A stretch of 40,092 nt of DNA from a virus. Lineage: Duplodnaviria; Caudoviricetes. Positions within the stretch are counted from its first letter, which is position 1; every line of letters begins with the position of its first letter. The notes under the pieces were generated by a model, which worked only from the letters and a program-made list of their open reading frames with translations, made no database searches and was not told where the DNA came from. The position numbers and the translations under genes were made by a program. Shown in pieces: positions 33,939 to 40,092 of the stretch. The stretch lies in the IMG/VR virus record IMGVR_UViG_3300037313_001474, positions 1 through 40,092 of that record; one strand, written 5' to 3'.

Positions 33939-34394
33939 CTACCCGACCGCCACGGGGACAGGGACGAGGGCGCGGGCCTGCTCCATCAGGGCATCGTCCG
34001 CCAGCGTCAACCGGCCGGCGTGGACCCGCAGGTGCCCGTAGTAGGGGCTGTCGAGGTCGACGGCGCGCGCCATATCCACGGTCCATGCCGTGTTTGCTAC
34101 GTCGATCGTGTTGGTCTTACGGACGGTGCGGGATCCGGAGCCGAGGCAGGCGAGCCAGCAGCCGCAGCGCTGTTCGTGGCTACCTTTCCACTCGCCGATG
34201 AAGGCGTGGCGGGCGGCCATGGCGAACAGGTCGCCGGGCTCGTGGACGTTGCCTTCGATGGGGATGACGCCGAGGACTGCGGTGAGGCCGCCGTCGGTGG
34301 TGGTGTAGGCGAGGACGCAGCGGGATCCGGTTTCCCAGTCGTGGAGGAATGGGAAGATCGTGACCCTGCCGGTGCCGTGCATGTCCTTCGCCAT
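33939..34394 (-). CDS. Hypothetical protein
   Basis: GAGGA RBS; 151-aa globular-looking ORF. Confidence 0.6.
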   Translation of the reverse strand: MAKDMHGTGRVTIFPFLHDWETGSRCVLAYTTTDGGLTAVLGVIPIEGNVHEPGDLFAMAARHAFIGEWKGSHEQRCGCWLACLGSGSRTVRKTNTIDVANTAWTVDMARAVDLDSPYYGHLRVHAGRLTLADDALMEQARALVPVPVAVG

Positions 34395-34462
34395 CTTGTC
34401 GTCCTCTCGTCGTGGGGTCGGCCTCCGCCACTGTACGGGCGGAGGCCGACAGTTTCTTTGGG

Positions 34463-34588
34463 TCAGTTGCTGTAGTCGCGGCCGTCGTCGGAGTCGCCCG
34501 TCGGCGGGTTGGGTTCGCCGCCGTCGTCCTCGTCGCCGCCACCGACCGCCAGCAGGATCGTGCGCTGGAGTGCTTCCTTCAGGGGCAT
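34463..34588 (-). CDS. Small acidic peptide (41 aa)
   Basis: MPLKEALQRTILLAVGGGDEDDGGEPNPPTGDSDDGRDYSN; strong AAGGAG RBS; flanked by hairpins at 34417-34450 and 34627-34660. Confidence 0.6.
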   Translation of the reverse strand: MPLKEALQRTILLAVGGGDEDDGGEPNPPTGDSDDGRDYSN

Positions 34589-34694
34589 GCTGTTCTCCTT
34601 GTCACTCGATCTGACGTGCTCTGTGGGGGCCGCCCCCGTTTCGCCGTCCAGGGGCGGCCCTACCGGCGCCCGCAAGGCGCCGGAGTCTGCGCGG

Positions 34695-35072
34695 TCAGCC
34701 CTTGGCGAGGTTCTCGTAGTGGTCGCACAGGGCCTGGACGGAACGAGCCAGCCGCATAGCCACGGACATCCGCACCGGCGGGTAGTCGCCGACCCCCAGC
34801 CGCAGCCGCGTGTAAGCCTCGCGGGTACAGGCCAGAGCGCATGCCCGGGGGACGTCGTCCTTCGGCAGGCCCAGGGTCATCGCCTCGATGATGGGGATGA
34901 GCAGCTGCAGGTGCCCGCGGAGGGCGAGCCGCAGCGTCTCCAGCTCGTCCGGGCTGATCGGTGCCGCGTCTTCGGCGAGCAGCCGGCGGGCGGTGGCGCG
35001 CATCGTGGCGATGTCGGGCGGCACCTGGTCCAGGTCTGTTGTGACCGCTGGTCGGGCGATACGGTGAGGCAT
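34695..35072 (-). CDS. DUF6415-like protein
   Basis: PPDIATMRATARRLL..ELETLRLALRGHLQLLIP..ACALAC..RLARSVQALCDHYE; GAGGAG RBS. Confidence 0.7.
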   Translation of the reverse strand: MPHRIARPAVTTDLDQVPPDIATMRATARRLLAEDAAPISPDELETLRLALRGHLQLLIPIIEAMTLGLPKDDVPRACALACTREAYTRLRLGVGDYPPVRMSVAMRLARSVQALCDHYENLAKG

Positions 35073-35181
35073 GTCGGCTCCTCGGTAGTCGACCACGCCC
35101 CGGGGTCGTTCGCGCGACCGCCGGGGCTTTCGTTACTGGTCACGATCGCCCCATCGCTATAGGTAGCGCGACGACGAATGC

Positions 35182-35222
35182 GGCGTCATACCGGCGACAC
35201 GAGGGGCGTCATTCCGGTGTCA
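35182..35222. promoter_or_regulatory. Direct-repeat operator candidate GGCGTCATWCCGGYGWCA x2
   Basis: Copies at 35182 and 35205 match at 15/18 positions, in a divergent promoter region. Confidence 0.5.
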
Positions 35223-35252
35223 TTTAGCAGCCTGAGCGTCTAACGTAGACAC

Positions 35253-36017
35253 ATGACCACCCCGAACAGCACCCTTCGGGCAGTCCGCTTGGGGCTGCTC
35301 ATGAGTCAGGACGAATTCGCCCGCGCACTCCGCGACGCTGGCACAGCAGCAGGCGCACCCAACGACGCCTCCAAACGACTGGTGCAGCGCTGGGAAGCGG
35401 GAACAACCGCAGCCCCAAGGCCCCTCTACGCCCGCGCCCTGGAGTCTGTTACCGGGATGCCCATCGAATCCCTCGGCTTCCCTGCCTCCACCTTCGCCCG
35501 AGTCTCCGACGACGGCCGTGGCGGCCACGACCTTGAAGACTCCCCCATTGGGATTCCGGTGGCGAATGGGGTTCGCAGCCCGCAGGCATCGTCACGCGAG
35601 AACTACTCCGGCGTCTGGCTCAGCACCTACGAGTACGTCTCTAGCGGCCGAAACAACGAGGTCTTCACCGGGAAGCACCACGTCGTACTACTCCAACACG
35701 GCAACCGACTGAACGGCCGTAGCCTTCCGAACGCGTCCCTCAACCCGGACAGCCCCCTCACTCTGGACCTGCAACTGGACGGCAACGCCGTAACCGGCAC
35801 CTGGACCGAGCAGACGGCACGAGAGGGCTACTACCAGGGCGCCCGCTACTTCGGCGCCCTGCAGATGCTTGCCGAGCCGACTGGACGCCGCATGGCCGGC
35901 AAGTGGGTTGGATTCGGTCGGGACTTCGACGTGAACACCGGACCGTGGGAGTTGCGCCTCTTGGACGCATCGACCAGCAAGGCAGCCCTTGACCAGTACA
36001 ACCGGAGGCCTGAGTGA
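35253..36017 (+). CDS. XRE regulator fused to a C-terminal beta-barrel domain
   Basis: LRAVRLGLLMSQDEFARAL..KRLVQRWEAG..LGF HTH; C-terminal YSGVWLSTYEY..VTGTWTE..YFGALQM..MAGKWVGF..GPWEL beta-strand pattern. Confidence 0.75.
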   Translation: MTTPNSTLRAVRLGLLMSQDEFARALRDAGTAAGAPNDASKRLVQRWEAGTTAAPRPLYARALESVTGMPIESLGFPASTFARVSDDGRGGHDLEDSPIGIPVANGVRSPQASSRENYSGVWLSTYEYVSSGRNNEVFTGKHHVVLLQHGNRLNGRSLPNASLNPDSPLTLDLQLDGNAVTGTWTEQTAREGYYQGARYFGALQMLAEPTGRRMAGKWVGFGRDFDVNTGPWELRLLDASTSKAALDQYNRRPE

Positions 36018-36415
36018 GCAACAGCCCGTGGGAACGTTTGGCCGCCGCAAGCCTGTCGGCGAAGACGGGGCGGCGGCCAGACGAGTACCTGAATGCGTGG
36101 AACAGCGGGAGGCGTTTGGACCGGCCGCTGTGGCGCTCTCAGATACCTGCTGCCGTGCGTCGAGCGGTTGAGGCGGAAGGGCCGTGCGTCTACTGCGGCG
36201 GCGCCGCCTCGGTCATCGACCACATCAAGCCGTGGGCGCGTGGTGGCACCCACGACCCTTCGAACCTTGTCCCTGCTTGCGTCACCTGCAACTCGTCAAA
36301 GTCGGACTGGCTGCTGACTGAATGGGATGCGGACCGTGTACGGCGTGCCGTTGCGGCCAGCGTTAAGGTGGCGGCCGTGTACGCACTCCTGACGAAGGAT
36401 GCCCCTCCGCAGTGA
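36014..36415 (+). CDS. HNH endonuclease
   Basis: CVYCG..IDHIKPWARGGTHDPSNLVPACVTCNSSK. Confidence 0.9.
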   Translation: MSNSPWERLAAASLSAKTGRRPDEYLNAWNSGRRLDRPLWRSQIPAAVRRAVEAEGPCVYCGGAASVIDHIKPWARGGTHDPSNLVPACVTCNSSKSDWLLTEWDADRVRRAVAASVKVAAVYALLTKDAPPQ

Positions 36416-36440
36416 GGGTCGGAGGCCGTACTCTTGGATC

Positions 36441-36545
36441 ATGTCCCCCGCTGCTGTCTCTGGTCCGGTGCGGTCTGCTGCCGAGTTGAACGAGCAGATC
36501 CGTGCCCTGTGGTCGCATTCGGCGGTGCCGCTTACTCGGGAGTAG
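36441..36545 (+). pseudogene. Truncated paralog of the 36845-37036 gene
   Basis: MSPAAVSGPVRSAAELNEQIRALW..E* versus [25 protein letters not shown]; duplicated upstream CCCCTCCGCAGTRAGGG element. Confidence 0.55.
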
Positions 36546-36568
36546 CGCGGGGACGTGGTGGAGGCGGC

Positions 36569-36784
36569 CTAGTCTCCGGAACCCGGAGGGAATGGCACTC
36601 GAAGTGGGGCCACCCGGGTCTCCCAAACGGGAGTGCCATCCACCTCACTGGTGACCTCGCGGTAACGGAGCATGTTTCCTCGCACAATCTCGATGTGCTC
36701 GTCGATCTTGTCGGGATCCAGGCCGTTGGCTCGGGCCCACTCGCACAGTTCCGCGCGACGCTCAGCGTCAATGCCGACCTTCAT
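36569..36784 (-). CDS. Hypothetical protein
   Basis: ELCEWARANGLDPDKI...; probable leaderless start. Confidence 0.55.
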   Translation of the reverse strand: MKVGIDAERRAELCEWARANGLDPDKIDEHIEIVRGNMLRYREVTSEVDGTPVWETRVAPLRVPFPPGSGD

Positions 36785-36844
36785 GCATTCAGGATGGCAG
36801 AAGGCCCCCTCCGCAGTAAGGGCCGGTCGGCGTAGGCTTGGCCT

Positions 36845-37036
36845 ATGTCCCCCGACCCTCAGCCTGCGGGCAGCGTGCGCCCTGCTGCCGTCGTAAACGA
36901 GGACATCCGGGCCCTGGCGCGGGCGGCGTGGGGGCGGCCGTTCACCGACGTTGAGCGGGCCCGCTATGAGCTACTGGTGGTGGAGTGGTCGGCCGCCGAC
37001 CGCGCCGAGGACGCCTCACGCGTACTGGCGGCGTGA
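36845..37036 (+). CDS. Hypothetical protein
   Basis: [35 protein letters not shown]; TAGGCT-N6-ATG. Confidence 0.6.
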   Translation: MSPDPQPAGSVRPAAVVNEDIRALARAAWGRPFTDVERARYELLVVEWSAADRAEDASRVLAA

Positions 37037-37744
37037 CGGGTCGAGGCCGATACCACCGATACCGAGCAAGCCCAGGCCAAGCAGCCCGCCAGATCCGCCG
37101 CTGCCGCTGTCACCGCCGCTGGTGTCACGGCACGAGTAGTGGCTGGAGCCGTCCGAGTCCGGCGTGCACTCGTAGGTCGTCCCCTTGTACTCAAACGACC
37201 AGCCTGACGGCGCTGGCCCAGCCGGGCCCTGCTCCCCGGGATCACCCTTCTCGCCCTTGTCGCCCTGCGGTCCCTGCTCGCCCTGCGGACCGGCCGGCCC
37301 GGCCGGACCCTGTGCGCCCGCGGCACCCGACGGGCCCACCGCGCCCGGTACACCCGCCATGCCAGGGCTGCCGCTCGGCCCCGCACTGCCAGGCGCCCCC
37401 GACGGCCCCGACGGCCCTGGCGAGCCTGCCGGTCCGGCCGGTCCGGGGATCGGCACCGGTACCTGCGCCCGGTCGGGCAAGTTCTTGACAGCCTTCGTCG
37501 GATCCGGCGCCACCGGCGTCCCGCCCCGGGCTTTCACCTGCGCTCGCAACGCCCGCACGTCGCCAGCAAGCGTGGAAACAGCGTTGCCGCGAAGGTCGGC
37601 CTCGGCGGCCAGCTGGTCCGCGCGATGCGCTTCCGCCTGCACTCGCACGTACACCAGGAGGACCGCGCCGGTGAGGAAGAGCAGAAACGCCAGGAGCGCG
37701 ATGGGCTTCCACCTGCGGGCGAGCACCCGGTTGGCGTGCCTCAT
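37016..37744 (-). CDS. Membrane-anchored collagen-like protein in the lysis cassette
   Basis: N-terminal TM, coiled coil, 26 G-X-Y triplets, Cys pair, hydrophobic C-terminus. Confidence 0.8.
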   Translation of the reverse strand: MRHANRVLARRWKPIALLAFLLFLTGAVLLVYVRVQAEAHRADQLAAEADLRGNAVSTLAGDVRALRAQVKARGGTPVAPDPTKAVKNLPDRAQVPVPIPGPAGPAGSPGPSGPSGAPGSAGPSGSPGMAGVPGAVGPSGAAGAQGPAGPAGPQGEQGPQGDKGEKGDPGEQGPAGPAPSGWSFEYKGTTYECTPDSDGSSHYSCRDTSGGDSGSGGSGGLLGLGLLGIGGIGLDPSRRQYA

Positions 37745-38007
37745 GGCTGCCCCCCGAGTTGATGCACCAGCAGCTTTAGGCGGGACACTTCAGCCCGCTC
37801 CGTTGCCAGCTCCAAGCGCACTTGAGCGAGTTCCGCCCGCAGCTCCTTGCGCTCCTCTTGTAGCTGGTCCGTGAGATTGTCGTAGCCGGTCAATGCCGAA
37901 CCCTCCCGCTGGGCGCGCCCCGCGACTTTGGATCCGTACATGGCTGCCGCCCCGGCAACCGCGGCGCTACCTATCACGCCGACGGCCGTGACAAGGGCGG
38001 CATCCAT
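37741..38007 (-). CDS. TM plus coiled-coil lysis-cassette protein
   Basis: N-terminal hydrophobic helix then heptad repeats; GGAGG RBS. Confidence 0.7.
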   Translation of the reverse strand: MDAALVTAVGVIGSAAVAGAAAMYGSKVAGRAQREGSALTGYDNLTDQLQEERKELRAELAQVRLELATERAEVSRLKLLVHQLGGQP

Positions 38008-38038
38008 GCCACCTCCAAAACGCTCGCACCGTGCAGGA

Positions 38039-38368
38039 TCAGACGCCCGGCTCCGAGCGGGCGCTGGACGTCACGAGGGAGTCCTGCGCCTTCCCGGATA
38101 CGCCGGTCGGCTTCCACAGCCCGAAGTGCGCGAGGACGCCGGTGCCGAAGGAGACGAGGGCGAGGACGGCGGCCGTCTGCCAGCTGTACCCGGCGTCGTG
38201 CGGCCCGGCGAGTTCGACGAGGAAGCCGTTCGCCGTGGACAGGGCGAGCAGGAGCACGGCCTTGACGCCGGCGTTCGTGATGCGGGTCGTCACGAGGCCG
38301 ACGAGGACGGGGAGGACCACGCTGATGATGAGGCCGAGCCAGTATGCGGAGTTGAGGTTGACGGACAT
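38039..38368 (-). CDS. Putative holin
   Basis: MSVNLNSAYWLGLIISVVLPVLVGLVT..3 TM..HFGLWKPTGV; directly downstream of the endolysin. Confidence 0.75.
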   Translation of the reverse strand: MSVNLNSAYWLGLIISVVLPVLVGLVTTRITNAGVKAVLLLALSTANGFLVELAGPHDAGYSWQTAAVLALVSFGTGVLAHFGLWKPTGVSGKAQDSLVTSSARSEPGV

Positions 38369-38391
38369 GAGGGGGTTCTCCTTCGGGGGGT

Positions 38392-39273
38392 TCAGGCGAC
38401 GACGTCGAAGCCGTGCTTCGCGCCGAGTTTCTTGAGGCTGGTCATGCCAGGGACGCCGTCGGCAGCAGAGCCGGAGTAGCCGAGGCGCTTCTGCCAGCGT
38501 GCGTAGGCGTTGACGGTGAGCGACCCGAACGAGCCGTCCACGTACTGCCCGGCAAGCAGGCCTTCCGCCTTCAGCGCCTTCTCGACGAGCAGCACCTCGG
38601 CCCGGTAGCTGGTGTGGCCCTGCGCCGCGGGCGGGTCGTGGCGGGCCGCGTACACGATGTGGGAGAGGCTGACCGTCGGCTTCGCGGCCGGCTTCGGCGC
38701 GGGCGCGGACGCGAACAGGTTCGGCATCGGTCCGGGGTCGACGTGGCTGTTGCCGGGGATCTGGTTGTGCCCGTAGTGGCCGCCCTGGTGCAGCCACGTG
38801 TCCAGGGAGACGGTGTCGCGGACGAAGCCGGTGGGCGGTCCGCCGGGCCAGGTGTCGGCGATGCCGAGGCTGCGAAGCCACGCCATGATCTGGTCGAGGC
38901 CCTTGCAGGGGGTGTCGCGGACGGTGGCGTACTTCTTGCCGTTGACCGTCTCGCCCGCGGTGAAGACGGTCTCGATCTGGATGCAGTACTTCCCGGTCCT
39001 GTTGGTGCGCACAGAGCCGTCGTTCTGCAGCGAGAGGCTGCGGGAGTCGGCCGGGAACATCTGCGCCACGGCCCCGGTGAACGGGTCCCACAGCAGGTGA
39101 GGGGCCACATCGGCTCCTCCGCCAGTGAACCAGCCGAGTTCGTTGGCGAACGTCCAGTCGTGGGCGTTGGACGTGATGTGCCAGACCGCGCGGGCCGGGC
39201 CTCCGTCCATCGCCCCGGTGTTGCCGAGCGAGTGCCGGGTCGCACCCGGCATCCACAGGTCGACCATGGTCAC
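38392..39273 (-). CDS. Endolysin (amidase_2-like catalytic domain plus peptidoglycan-binding domain)
   Basis: AVWHIT, PHLLWDP, IQIE, GHYGHNQIPGNSHVDPG; C-terminal VDGSFGSLT..WQKRLG..ADGVPG; start may be 39267. Confidence 0.88.
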   Translation of the reverse strand: MTMVDLWMPGATRHSLGNTGAMDGGPARAVWHITSNAHDWTFANELGWFTGGGADVAPHLLWDPFTGAVAQMFPADSRSLSLQNDGSVRTNRTGKYCIQIETVFTAGETVNGKKYATVRDTPCKGLDQIMAWLRSLGIADTWPGGPPTGFVRDTVSLDTWLHQGGHYGHNQIPGNSHVDPGPMPNLFASAPAPKPAAKPTVSLSHIVYAARHDPPAAQGHTSYRAEVLLVEKALKAEGLLAGQYVDGSFGSLTVNAYARWQKRLGYSGSAADGVPGMTSLKKLGAKHGFDVVA

Positions 39274-40070
39274 AGTCCCTTCGCGGTGAGCCAGTTGTGG
39301 GCGGCCAGCGCGAACGCCATGTCCGGGTCGGCCGGCGTGGGGGTGGGCTGCGGGGCGGTCACGAACGTGGGGACGGTGACGTCGCCTTGCTGGGACAGCA
39401 GCCACTGCATGTCCGTTTCGGTGACCCAGCAGGATCCGGAGTCGGCCCACGACGCGCCCCAGCTGTTGTCGAGGCGGAAGCGGGATCCGTCCCAGCCGGA
39501 GCACACGATCTCGTGACCGCCCGCCACACCCGACGTCTTGTCGACGGTGAGGGTGCCGGACGGCATCGGGTCGAACATCGAGTTGAGCCACACGATCCCC
39601 AGCATCGCCGGGCCCGTCTGCAGCGCCGACTTCAGCGCGGCGAGAGAGAACGCGTGCGTGTACCCGACCGCCAGCCCCAGCTTCTTCAGAGCCTTCGCCG
39701 CGCCGAGGCCGCTGCTACCGGTGTCGTCCGGCGGATACTGGCCGGGCACGTTGTCCAGCGTGGTGGCCAGTTTGTAGATGGCCACGGCGAGGTTCTCGTC
39801 GACGTCGTAGGCGCCCTGCGACGTCTTCACCCCGGTCAGGCCCTTACGCACGCTGCTGTCCGTGCCGATCAGCCCGGCCGCGGCGTTGCCCGTGCACGAG
39901 CCCAACTGGCCCTGGTCGAAGACGGGGACACGACGCACCCACTGCACCGGCCTGATAGCGGAGGTGGGCAGGACGCCGTGGGCGTAGCGCAGGGACCGCG
40001 GGTCGTGCTCGACATGCCGGCCCAGCCGCTGCTCGCGGCCGTGGATCTCAGGAATGTGGGTGGTGTTCAA
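39270..40070 (-). CDS. Papain-family (C1A) cysteine peptidase
   Basis: DQGQLGSCTGNA (Q and C), GGHEIV (H), DNSWGASW (N); TTG start with AAAGGG RBS; GTGA-coupled to the endolysin. Confidence 0.85.
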   Translation of the reverse strand: MNTTHIPEIHGREQRLGRHVEHDPRSLRYAHGVLPTSAIRPVQWVRRVPVFDQGQLGSCTGNAAAGLIGTDSSVRKGLTGVKTSQGAYDVDENLAVAIYKLATTLDNVPGQYPPDDTGSSGLGAAKALKKLGLAVGYTHAFSLAALKSALQTGPAMLGIVWLNSMFDPMPSGTLTVDKTSGVAGGHEIVCSGWDGSRFRLDNSWGASWADSGSCWVTETDMQWLLSQQGDVTVPTFVTAPQPTPTPADPDMAFALAAHNWLTAKGL

Positions 40071-40092
40071 CTCGGGTCCCTTTCACGGCTGG

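Noticed and set aside
34463-36017. Arbitrium (AimR/AimP) system or RiPP cluster
   Set aside because: No TPR/RRNPP receptor, no typical Sec signal peptide, and no modifying enzyme or transporter in the window; kept only as an unknown module.
36014-36415. HNH as the cos-packaging accessory nuclease
   Set aside because: It is far from and opposite in orientation to the terminase genes; no cos site could be identified.
37185-37460. Tandem 9-bp-like DNA repeats
   Set aside because: A consequence of the collagen G-X-Y coding.
32935-40092. Host chromosome beyond a prophage boundary (attL/attR)
   Set aside because: This side carries arm repeats and the phage lysis cassette in the same orientation as the structural genes, so the site is attP.

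Overview
This window is about 40 kb of a high-GC temperate siphovirus, most likely infecting Streptomyces. It appears to be in the excised or free form, because an intact attP (3' half of tRNA-Arg(CCT), 32891-32934) has phage genes on both sides. Reading the minus strand from the right end: a lysis cassette (papain-family protease, amidase endolysin, holin-like proteins, collagen-like membrane protein); an accessory block (HNH, XRE fused to a beta-barrel, DUF6415-like protein, small acidic peptide, XRE, hairpin array); attP and tyrosine integrase; the immunity switch (repressor, Cro-like and Xis-like genes, SOS-like boxes); a long early operon (RecT-like, DEDDh exonuclease, Hjc resolvase, WhiB, DUF6915-like, replication initiator with internal iterons, DnaC-like loader, SNase nuclease); and then terminase, portal, ClpP-type protease and HK97 major capsid. 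The most striking feature lies between the replication and packaging genes (about 9.9-15.0 kb). It is an apparently intact Streptomyces-type conjugation module: a TraB-like FtsK translocase, Spd-like membrane proteins, a divergent regulator with a palindromic operator, and a candidate clt repeat tract. It has no integrase or Rep of its own, which suggests an integrative prophage that may spread both as virions and by mycelial conjugation. All family assignments come from motif recognition by eye; no database searches were run.
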